Translations under genes and position numbers: made by a program | Notes under the pieces: model-generated | What the model was told of the DNA's origin: nothing | Database searches by the model: none | The model's input: the letters and a program-made list of their open reading frames with translations, nothing else | Part shown: positions 8,006 through 15,369 of the stretch, piece after piece | How the letters are laid out: every line of letters starts with the position of its first letter | Position numbering within the stretch: position 1 is the stretch's first letter | DNA from: Moorella naiadis (nom. illeg.) | Lineage (GTDB): Bacteria; Bacillota; DSM-521; Neomoorellales; Neomoorellaceae | Reading direction: 5' to 3' | Length of the DNA stretch: 24,000 nucleotides | NCBI RefSeq assembly: GCF_051020825.1 | Contig: NZ_JAXGFQ010000009.1 | Span: 42,387-66,386 of the forward strand

Positions 8006-8371
8006 ATGGCTCATTTAATCTTACTGGTAGAAGATAATGAAGCTAATAGAGTGCTGTTAAAGGATATCCTGGCGTTGACCGGCAATGAGGTTTTAGAAGC
8101 CGTTAATGGCGAAGCAGCGGTCCAGCTGGCGCAAGAACAAAAGCCACAATTAATTTTTATGGACTTGCAGCTACCGGGTATTGATGGGATAAAGGCGACT
8201 AAAATCTTGAAACAGAATCCCAGCACCAGGGATATACCTATTGTGGCCGTTAGTTCTTATGCCTATGCAAGGGAAAAGCAACTTTTCCTGGCAGCCGGGG
8301 GCAATGTTTACCTGTCCAAGCCTATAGATGTTGATCTAATCTTAGCAACAGTGAGCCGGTTTTTGCCATGA
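8006..8371 (+). CDS. Single-domain CheY-like response regulator receiver
   Basis: It carries the acidic pocket (VEDNE), the phospho-acceptor (FMDLQLPGIDG) and the conserved SKP lysine. GGAGG lies 8 nt upstream. By manual alignment it is about two-thirds identical to the receiver at 11361-11753. Confidence 0.9.
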   Translation: MAHLILLVEDNEANRVLLKDILALTGNEVLEAVNGEAAVQLAQEQKPQLIFMDLQLPGIDGIKATKILKQNPSTRDIPIVAVSSYAYAREKQLFLAAGGNVYLSKPIDVDLILATVSRFLP

Positions 8372-8454
8372 AAGCATGAAAGATGGATAATATATAATTA
8401 ATTTGCTGCCAGGCACTCAAGAAATTATTAGATATGCCGATGATTCTTTTTAAG

Positions 8455-8545
8455 AACCGCAAAGGGCAAACCCGACCGAAAGGCGGGGGCGCAAAGCCAC
8501 GGGCCTAAAGCCTTGACAGGCTATGGCAGCCGGGTTGCCGGGTAA
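8455..8545 (+). promoter_or_regulatory. c-di-GMP-I (GEMM-I) riboswitch aptamer
   Basis: GCAAAGGGCAAACC-CGACC-GAAA-GGCGG-GGGCGCAAAGCC-ACGGG-CCUAAAG...CUAUGG-CAGCCGGGUUGCCGG is nearly colinear with the Vibrio Vc2 aptamer as I remember it (GCACAGGGCAAACC..GAAA..GGGACGCAAAGCC..CCUAAAC...GCGGGGUUACCG). It includes the GAAA tetraloop and a CCUAAAG/CUAUGG tetraloop-receptor. Confidence 0.9.
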
Positions 8546-8572
8546 GCCATAGTGAAATTTTTTGGCGATAAC

Positions 8573-8612
8573 GGGCAACCCGGGCTGAGGCGGGTTGTCC
8601 TAAAATTTTTAT
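8573..8612 (+). terminator. Riboswitch expression-platform hairpin (terminator-like)
   Basis: 8573-8582 (gggcaacccg) pairs with 8591-8600 (cgggttgtcc): 10 bp with one G.U and an 8-nt loop. It is followed by taaaattttta, so the T run is not adjacent to the stem. The 5' arm can instead pair perfectly (10 bp) with the aptamer 3' strand at 8530-8539 (ccgggttgcc). Confidence 0.5.
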
Positions 8613-8626
8613 AGGGGGTATGCTGG

Positions 8627-9589
8627 ATGAAGTATAAAAAATTAATCAGTACCCTGGCCATAACCGGCCTGCTCTTGCCAGCCGGCATAGCTTATGCCCT
8701 CCCGGGTAATGGTCATGACAACTATAGTCCTGGCCAATATACGGTAGTTACCGCTGGAGGGGCTAACTATGGGATTAAGGTTAAAGGGGAAGATAAACAA
8801 TTAGAAGATGAGTCAGAAGATCAGACAACCGAAGCTCAAGATGAGACTAGAAACAGGAAAGAAACCGAACCAAAAGAACAAGAAATAAAATCGCAGGAGG
8901 GGGCCAGGACGAAGGAAGAAAAAGAAGTGCAAGGATACCTAGACAAGGAAATTTCCGGGCTCCAGGTTACCCCGGAAGCACAGGTGAGGGAAGAAAACCA
9001 GGTAAGGGAAGAAACCCAAAATGCCGGTCTGGTGAAATTTCAAGGTAGAATCCGGGTTAAGAATAAAGAAATAAAATTTGATGTACCGCCAGTGATTAAA
9101 GGAAACCGGACCCTTATCCCCGTCAGGGCGGTTACCCAGGGTCTAGGCGCGACTATCAATTGGGACGAGGCAACCAACACCGTAACTATAACAAAAAATG
9201 GAATTACAGTAGTACTTATGCCTGGAAGTACAGAAGTAACCGTCAATGACACCAAAATCAATTTGGATGTCCCCGCGGCAATAATCAGCAACCGTACTTT
9301 TGTACCCTTGAGGTTTCTGGGTGAGGTATTTAAAGATAAAGTGCATTATGATGCAGCAACCGGCAACATTGATATTGAAGAAGGCAACGAAAACGAGGCA
9401 GGACAAGGTACTGAGTCTCCACCACCTGGTACAACGGCGCCTGAAAGTCCGGTTAACAGCAGTCCAACTACTACGACAGTACCGACAAGTACCAGCCCCA
9501 CACCTCCCGCAACAACAGGTACCAGTACGACAACTACTCCTTCCATCCCAGCGCCGACAACAACGACCTCCTCTTTACCTGCCGCATAA
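8627..9589 (+). CDS. Secreted protein with two copper-amine-oxidase N-terminal-like (stalk) repeats
   Basis: Signal peptide: MKYKKLISTLAITGLLLPAGIAYA. An E/K/Q-rich low-complexity region follows. There are two Cu_amine_oxidN1-type repeats (PPVIKGNRTLIPVRAVTQGLGATINWDEATNTVTI and PAAIISNRTFVPLRFLGEVFKDKVHYDAATGNIDI). The tail is T/S/P-rich. The SD AGGGGG precedes the ATG. Confidence 0.8.
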   Translation: MKYKKLISTLAITGLLLPAGIAYALPGNGHDNYSPGQYTVVTAGGANYGIKVKGEDKQLEDESEDQTTEAQDETRNRKETEPKEQEIKSQEGARTKEEKEVQGYLDKEISGLQVTPEAQVREENQVREETQNAGLVKFQGRIRVKNKEIKFDVPPVIKGNRTLIPVRAVTQGLGATINWDEATNTVTITKNGITVVLMPGSTEVTVNDTKINLDVPAAIISNRTFVPLRFLGEVFKDKVHYDAATGNIDIEEGNENEAGQGTESPPPGTTAPESPVNSSPTTTTVPTSTSPTPPATTGTSTTTTPSIPAPTTTTSSLPAA

Positions 9590-9597
9590 AGCGGCAC

Positions 9598-9632
9598 AAA
9601 TCCCTGCTTTTATCGCAGCGGGGATTTTTTTT
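9598..9632 (+). terminator. Rho-independent terminator
   Basis: aaatccctgc-ttttatc-gcagcggggattt forms a bulged stem followed by T8 (9625-9632). Confidence 0.7.
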
Positions 9633-9701
9633 GCTGTTGCAAAGCCGGGTAGCTTGACTTGGTTAAGGACCGCGTTTTTACCGGCGCAGGTAAAATTTTC
9701 C

Positions 9702-9730
9702 TTGACGATAAAAAGGGTAGCACCTATAAT
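9702..9730 (+). promoter_or_regulatory. Sigma-A-type promoter of the CHASE3 kinase operon
   Basis: TTGACG (9702-9707), a 17-nt spacer, then TATAAT (9725-9730). An A/T-rich UP-like ggtaaaattttc lies upstream. Confidence 0.7.
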
Positions 9731-9891
9731 TAAATTGGTAGAATAGTGTCACTTTAGGGAGAAAAAAGTCGGTGGACGGTGCTTGGGGCCCCGGAGGTGC
9801 CACTATGGCCGAGGAATTGAGACACCGCCGGCAGCGGCCTTTATGACGCCGGGCGGCGTTTCCAGTAAAACTTATAGGTGGCGGTCCGAAA

Positions 9892-11328
9892 ATGAAAAAG
9901 TATTTTAATTCCAGAGTACTAGTGAGCATTATAGTCTTGTTAATTATTGGCGTCATAGGCCAGACTTTCTGGCTGTATGAGCAAATGACGGAACTGGCCC
10001 GTCGGTATTACCAGGTAGGCCGGGAGAGTTATACGGCTTTGTACAACCTGAAGAGCATAGAAAAGCTGGTCATGGATATGGAAACGGGGGTACGCGGTTA
10101 CCTCTTGACAGGCGATCCGGCTTTCCTGGATCCTTACAATGAAGCAAAGCAAGAGGTGCAGGATTATTACCAAAAATTGTCGGGGAATTTAAGCGGGGAT
10201 GCCGCCTCCCGCAGTTACCTGGAGAGCATTAAACAAGAAATTAAGGATTGGGTAGTGAAGATTGCCGGTCCGGCTATGGCCGACCGTAAGCTATTGGGGC
10301 CGGCGGCGACTTTACAAAATTTGACGGCCAGTATTGATTTTTCCCGGAGTAAATCCATCATGGACCGCCTCAGAGATAAGTTTGATCGGTTGGATACGAA
10401 CCTCGAGGCTCGCCGGGACCAACAAATGCAGGCTGTCTTAGACTGGAATCACCACATAACCATATTAATGATAGTAGTAACTGGGATACTACTGTTGGCT
10501 ATAATGGTTCTGGGCCTGGCGCTTTATCGCTTGCTGCGGCAAGTAGAGGTACAGAATGCCCAGCTCCTGGACAGGGAAGGAAGGCTGCAAAAAGCCATCC
10601 GGGAGTTATATATGGCTTCCAAGATGAAATCGGAGTTCCTGGCCAATATGAGCCATGAACTGCGCACGCCCTTAAACGCCATTATCGGCTTTGCCCAGGT
10701 ATTGCAGAAGCAATACTATGGGGCCTTAACTGAAAAACAGGTTAAGTATGTCGAGTATATCTTGACCAGCGGCCGGCATCTCTTAAGCCTGATCAACGAC
10801 ATCCTGGACCTGTCGAAGATAGAAGCCGGCAAGCTTGAATTGGAGCCAGCCACCTTTTCCCTGCCAAAACTACTGGAAAACAGTTTGATCATGGTAAAAG
10901 AAAAAGCAGTGCGGCACCGGTTGGAAGTTATTTTACAGGTGGACCCGGATATCCCGGAACTTACCGCCGATGAACGTAAAGTGAAGCAAATAGTCTATAA
11001 CCTGTTGAGCAATGCCGTTAAATTTACCCCCGACGGCGGTAAGATTACCGTCCGTGCCCGGCTTCTACCCGGTGATCAAGTACAGGTTAGCGTTGCCGAT
11101 ACGGGCATCGGCATCGCGCCGGCAGACCAGGAGAGGATTTTTGAGGCCTTTATCCAGGGCGACAGCGGTTATACCCGCCAGTATGAAGGGACGGGCCTGG
11201 GACTGGCCCTGGTCCGCCGCCTAGTTGAACTGCACGGGGGCCGGGTATGGGTGGAAAGCGCCGGCTCCGGCCAGGGTAGCACCTTCTACTTCACCTTGCC
11301 GCTACGGCTAGAAACGAAGGAGCAATGA
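9892..11328 (+). CDS. Sensor histidine kinase with an extracytoplasmic CHASE3 domain
   Basis: An N-terminal TM segment is followed by the CHASE3 signature (METGVRGYLLTGDPAFLDPYNEAKQEV) and a second TM segment (ITILMIVVTGILLLAIMVLGLALY). Then come a coiled coil, the HisKA H-box (SHELRTPLNAI) and the HATPase_c N/G boxes (NLLSNAVKFTP, DTGIGI, GTGLGLALV). Confidence 0.9.
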   Translation: MKKYFNSRVLVSIIVLLIIGVIGQTFWLYEQMTELARRYYQVGRESYTALYNLKSIEKLVMDMETGVRGYLLTGDPAFLDPYNEAKQEVQDYYQKLSGNLSGDAASRSYLESIKQEIKDWVVKIAGPAMADRKLLGPAATLQNLTASIDFSRSKSIMDRLRDKFDRLDTNLEARRDQQMQAVLDWNHHITILMIVVTGILLLAIMVLGLALYRLLRQVEVQNAQLLDREGRLQKAIRELYMASKMKSEFLANMSHELRTPLNAIIGFAQVLQKQYYGALTEKQVKYVEYILTSGRHLLSLINDILDLSKIEAGKLELEPATFSLPKLLENSLIMVKEKAVRHRLEVILQVDPDIPELTADERKVKQIVYNLLSNAVKFTPDGGKITVRARLLPGDQVQVSVADTGIGIAPADQERIFEAFIQGDSGYTRQYEGTGLGLALVRRLVELHGGRVWVESAGSGQGSTFYFTLPLRLETKEQ

Positions 11329-11360
11329 TGATTAATAAAGATTCCGGGGGTGAAAACTTC

Positions 11361-11753
11361 ATGGCGGGACCAATTTTAATAGTCGAGGATAACGAAGCCA
11401 ACCGGGTCTTGCTGGAAGAAATCCTGACCCTGGGGAATTATGAGGTTTTGAAAGCCGTTGATGGCGAGGAAGGGGTCCGCCTGGCCCGGGAACAACAACC
11501 CCGGTTGATTTTGATGGATATCCAGCTACCCGGCCTGGACGGAATCAGCGCCACCCAGGTCCTGAAGGGTGACTCTTTGACCCGCCATATCCCGGTTGTC
11601 GCTATTAGTTCTTACGCTTATGAGAGGGAGAAAGAACTTTTCCGGGCCGCCGGGGGTGACGCCTACCTCACCAAACCTATTGATGTTGATGTAGTATTGC
11701 AAACCGTAGCGAGGTTTCTGGAGGGAGAGGCTTCAGGTGGAAAAAATGCCTAA
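11361..11753 (+). CDS. Single-domain CheY-like response regulator receiver
   Basis: VEDNE, LMDIQLPGLDG and TKP are present. GGGGGTGA lies 8 nt upstream of ATG 11361. The track's 11325 start adds 12 residues with no SD. It is a paralogue of 8006-8371. Confidence 0.85.
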   Translation: MAGPILIVEDNEANRVLLEEILTLGNYEVLKAVDGEEGVRLAREQQPRLILMDIQLPGLDGISATQVLKGDSLTRHIPVVAISSYAYEREKELFRAAGGDAYLTKPIDVDVVLQTVARFLEGEASGGKNA

Positions 11754-13260
11754 GATCTTGGTGGTCGACGATGATGAGCTAAACCTGGCCTTAATGGAAG
11801 CCATGCTGGCGCCCGGCGGCTACCAGGTGCTGACGGCTGCTGATGGCGAGGAGGCCCTGGCGGTAGTGGCCCAAGAAAACCCGGACCTCATCCTCCTGGA
11901 CATCATGATGCCGCGCCTGGACGGCTTGACCGTCTGCCGCAGGCTGAAGGCAGACGAGGCGACTCGCTTTATACCCGTGATTTTGGTTACGGCCCTGGAT
12001 CAGCTTCAGGACCGGGTCGAGGGACTTGCCGCCGGGGCGGACGACTTTTTAACCAAGCCGGTTAACGAGCTGGAACTGACGACCAGGGTGCGCTCGTTGT
12101 TACGAGTAAAAAAGTTAAACGACCAGCTGCGCTACGCCCACGAACACATCAATTCTTTAACCCGCCATGTGGCGGGCCTGCTGCAGGAATTCAATCCCCT
12201 GTATTTTGAGTTAGAAGCGACCCTGCGGGAGCTTTTGCAGCAGTTACTTTTGTTAAAGGAGCTGGCGCCGGCGGCAGTACTGGTAGTTATGGCAGCCGGC
12301 CAGGGCCGTAGTCAAGGCTGGCTTTATTATCGTCAAGAGGGAACAATAAAGCAGGAAACAATTAAAATTCCCTTGCCGGCAGATGCCGGGGCCGTCCAGA
12401 GCATCCTCCGCGCCAGGGGAGAGGGCCTCTGCGGCAACCGGGGCGACCCTCAATGCGAAGAAGAAATCAATTTTTTTGCCTCCCAAGTGACGGGCTATAC
12501 CGGCGCTATTCACAATTTCGCCTGCTTTTATGATGGCCCCTTACTGCTAGCCGCCTTTAATTACCCGGCGGCGGTCACGGCCTATGAGCGGGATGTCCTG
12601 CAGAACCTATTGACATATAGCCGTTTCTTACAACTGGTGGCCGGGCAAATCCGGGACACGGAAGGGGCCTTTCACTATACCATCCAAGCCCTGGCCCGGG
12701 CCGCCGAGGCCAATGACGACGATACAGGCAATCATATCGTCCGGGTGGGCACCTTTGCCGCAGAGCTGGCCGGGGGCCTCGGCTGCCCACCGGATTTCTG
12801 CCGGGAGATCGCCCTGGCGGCCCAGATGCACGACGTGGGGAAGATTCACATCCACCCGGATATTTTACGCAAACCGGGCCGGCTAACCCCGGACGAATGG
12901 TTGTTGATGCAGCAGCACCCCCTTCACGGCGCCAGGATCCTGGGAGACGCCCCCAGGTTACGAATAGCCCGGGAGGTGGCCCTGCACCACCACGAGAAAT
13001 GGGACGGCAGCGGCTACCCTGCCGGCTTGCGGGGCGAGGCTATTTCCCTGGCGGGCCGGATTGTGGCTGTGGCCGACATTTATGACGCTTTAAGGAATAA
13101 ACGCAGCTATAAGCCCGCCTTTTCCCATCAGGAAGCCTGCCGGATTATTACTGCCGGCGACGGGCGGGTACAGCCGGGGCACTTTGACCCGGCGGTTCTG
13201 GCGGCTTTCCGGCGGGCTGCCTCCCACCTTGAAGAAATTTATGAAACAATAAAGGATTGA
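11737..13260 (+). CDS. Response regulator with receiver and HD-GYP (c-di-GMP phosphodiesterase-type) domains
   Basis: The receiver has VVDDDE, LLDIMMPRLDG and TKP. A linker domain of about 180 aa is of unknown type. The HD-GYP motifs are HDVGK and HHHEKWDGSGYP. The start is GTG 11737 or ATG 11746, and it overlaps the upstream gene. Confidence 0.9.
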   Translation: MEKMPKILVVDDDELNLALMEAMLAPGGYQVLTAADGEEALAVVAQENPDLILLDIMMPRLDGLTVCRRLKADEATRFIPVILVTALDQLQDRVEGLAAGADDFLTKPVNELELTTRVRSLLRVKKLNDQLRYAHEHINSLTRHVAGLLQEFNPLYFELEATLRELLQQLLLLKELAPAAVLVVMAAGQGRSQGWLYYRQEGTIKQETIKIPLPADAGAVQSILRARGEGLCGNRGDPQCEEEINFFASQVTGYTGAIHNFACFYDGPLLLAAFNYPAAVTAYERDVLQNLLTYSRFLQLVAGQIRDTEGAFHYTIQALARAAEANDDDTGNHIVRVGTFAAELAGGLGCPPDFCREIALAAQMHDVGKIHIHPDILRKPGRLTPDEWLLMQQHPLHGARILGDAPRLRIAREVALHHHEKWDGSGYPAGLRGEAISLAGRIVAVADIYDALRNKRSYKPAFSHQEACRIITAGDGRVQPGHFDPAVLAAFRRAASHLEEIYETIKD

Positions 13261-13326
13261 AGTCATACCGCTGGGAACATTGCCAAACTGAGTGAGGGCC
13301 TGGTGCCTTTCCCGGCTCCCTGGCAA

Positions 13327-14610
13327 TTAAACCAACTGATTAAAGAATGATCCCGGAGGCAGCAGGAGGGACCAAAGATTGGCGGTGTTTAAAAACCCCC
13401 ACCAATTGTAAGAGGATAGGTAAGGGGTATTTAGCTGTGGTAAGGGGTTAGCAAAGGTAGTTAGGGGGTTGGTGGCGATCTGTTGGGCGTTAAACCCAGC
13501 TGATACGGCCAAGCCGTTGACCCCACTGAAGGCAGTCTCTACCAATCCCAAGTTATTCTGGAGGGCGCTGGTAAGGGCAGTTTGGTTAATAGCCAGGGTG
13601 CCGTTCTGGTTCTGGGTAATGCCTATGGCGGCCAGGTTCGCGGCTTGATAACTATAGCTTTGCTTTAAAATAGAAAGTAGCTGCGGACTGATATACTGTG
13701 AATTTTGCGCCGTAAAGGTCACCAGGTTGTTATAGGCCGTCACGAAATTGTTGATGGCGTTGTTTATAGCTTGGGTATCAGGAGTGACTGTAATGGTGGC
13801 GTTAGTTACTGTACCTAAGAGATTTAAACTCAGTTTTCGGTTATCCAGGTAGATGGTGTTGCTTGTGGAAGTGTAAGGGACACCATTGAGGGTGTAACTA
13901 GCATTGGCTGCCGCAACAGAAACCGTGTTAGCCCCACTATAAGCGACAGCATTGCCGGTCACATCAGTTAAGGTGAAGGCATTACTGGTACCGGTATTCT
14001 GGGCAGTTAAAACCACGCGGCTGGTACCGGCTACAGTATCGGTAGCTACCTTGGCGGTAACCGGCGCGCCGGCAGCATTGATGGCCTTGGCCATGTTAGT
14101 GAGTACAGTTAGGTTAGTATCGCCAGAATTAACGGTAAAGGATAGGGAATAAGTCTTGCCGCCTGTTTGCAGGTTGAAATTATAACTACCTGGCGCCAGC
14201 CCGGTAGCCGCGGCGCTGGTCAGGGCGAGGCCCATGTTTTGCTGGGCGGTGGCGATCTGGCTTATGCTCATAGTATAAGTAGCTAAAGTTGCCCCCGGCT
14301 GGGCCTGGGCAGTAACGGCGCTGGGAGCAGATGAAGTTGTTGTTCTCTGCAAGAATACATTAGCGCTGGTGCTAAGCTGTAAGGGCTGGGAAGCCTCCCA
14401 AAGCTGGCGGCCATAGTTGCTCAGAGTGGCCAAGCTATTGGCCAAGAGAGAAGGCTGCTGCCGGTTCCAGTTATTAACCCATAAGGCTTCCTGAGCTATG
14501 TTGAGTGGTGCTCCCGGCTGGTAAGGGTAAGAAGGCGCTGAGGGATTTAAGAGATAACTCGCCAGCCAATAATTAGGGGACCAGTAATTGCTGTACAACG
14601 GGCCAACCAT
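13327..14610 (-). CDS. FliD-like (flagellar cap / hook-associated protein 2 family) protein, atypical termini
   Basis: Its layout is colinear with FliD:
- TSSAPSAVTAQAQPGATLATYTMSISQIATAQ
- LTVLTNMAKAINAAGAPVTAKV...RVVLTAQNTGTSNAF
- AANASYTLNGVPYTSTSNTI
- TITVTPDTQAINNAINNFVTAYNNL
- LAAIGITQNQNGTLAINQTALTSALQNN

AAGGAG lies 8 nt upstream of the ATG. Both termini are aromatic-rich rather than coiled-coil-like. Confidence 0.65.
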   Translation of the reverse strand: MVGPLYSNYWSPNYWLASYLLNPSAPSYPYQPGAPLNIAQEALWVNNWNRQQPSLLANSLATLSNYGRQLWEASQPLQLSTSANVFLQRTTTSSAPSAVTAQAQPGATLATYTMSISQIATAQQNMGLALTSAAATGLAPGSYNFNLQTGGKTYSLSFTVNSGDTNLTVLTNMAKAINAAGAPVTAKVATDTVAGTSRVVLTAQNTGTSNAFTLTDVTGNAVAYSGANTVSVAAANASYTLNGVPYTSTSNTIYLDNRKLSLNLLGTVTNATITVTPDTQAINNAINNFVTAYNNLVTFTAQNSQYISPQLLSILKQSYSYQAANLAAIGITQNQNGTLAINQTALTSALQNNLGLVETAFSGVNGLAVSAGFNAQQIATNPLTTFANPLPQLNTPYLSSYNWWGFLNTANLWSLLLPPGSFFNQLV

Positions 14611-14646
14611 GCGAGATCATCTCCTTGGTAACATCTTGTGAAACCT

Positions 14647-14655
14647 ATTATAACA
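14647..14655 (-). promoter_or_regulatory. Extended -10 promoter element (TGTTATAAT) for the FliD-like gene
   Basis: The minus strand reads gTGtTATAAT about 37 nt upstream of the ATG at 14610. I found no good -35, which is acceptable for extended -10 promoters. Confidence 0.5.
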
Positions 14656-14722
14656 CTAAGAAATAAAATAGGGAAGATTTAATCTTGTAGCTGGTCCATT
14701 GCTTTGCACAGGGATTACAGCT

Positions 14723-15265
14723 TCAGGGCAGGATCAAGGCCAGCCGCCTGGCTACGGGAACAATCCTGGGCCAAAGATAGGCAACGATAATGCTGGCCAC
14801 TATGCCTACCACGGCGCCGCCGATAACATCCGCAGGGTAGTGGACCCCGACGTAAACCCGGGCGATCATTATTACCAGCGACAAAACCATCAGGCCGTAA
14901 TGCAGGCCTTTAGACCGGGCGCTCCACGTCAGGGCCCAGGCCAGGGCGGCATGATCGCTGGGGAAGGAGGAATCCGGAGCGTGGGGGATCAAAAGCTTGA
15001 CATGGTTATGGACAAAGGGGCGGGGCCGGTAGTAGCAAGTACCGATAACCAGGTTGATGACCAGGGCCAGGGAGGCTGTCGCTGCGGCCTTGAGGACCAG
15101 CAAGCGCTCCTCGCCGGATTTTTCCCCCCGGCCGGCAAACCAGAAGTAGATATAGGGTAACAACAAAACGAAGGGGCCGTAAAGGGCCATAAAGCGCATG
15201 AGTAGATCCAGGTCACGCCAGTGGCCGGCCAGGTTGTTGATGGCCGCAAACAGGTGCCCGTCCAT
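14723..15265 (-). CDS. PAP2-family phosphatase (BcrC-like undecaprenyl-diphosphatase type)
   Basis: The three PAP2 motifs are present: YYRPRPF (KX6RP-like), FPSDHAA (PSGH) and ARVYVGVHYPADV (SRX5HX3D). It is a polytopic membrane protein. AAGGAGG precedes the ATG. Confidence 0.85.
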   Translation of the reverse strand: MDGHLFAAINNLAGHWRDLDLLMRFMALYGPFVLLLPYIYFWFAGRGEKSGEERLLVLKAAATASLALVINLVIGTCYYRPRPFVHNHVKLLIPHAPDSSFPSDHAALAWALTWSARSKGLHYGLMVLSLVIMIARVYVGVHYPADVIGGAVVGIVASIIVAYLWPRIVPVARRLALILP

Positions 15266-15369
15266 CAGGAAGGCCTCCTTAACCGGGGAATGTTAAGGTT
15301 CAATATACAGCATTATACAGCATAAAGATTAAAAGCGCATTAAATTAGGGCAATCAAGGTAAAATTTTC

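Noticed and set aside
9737-9891. The 5' UTR of the CHASE3 kinase as a second (class II) c-di-GMP riboswitch or another known riboswitch
   Set aside because: I could not match it to any consensus I remember. Its 5' half is better explained as a duplicated rsbR promoter and start region.
14699-15160. A 153-aa plus-strand ORF opposite the PAP2 gene
   Set aside because: It is antisense to a gene carrying all three PAP2 motifs. The translation is Gly/Pro/Gln-rich low complexity.
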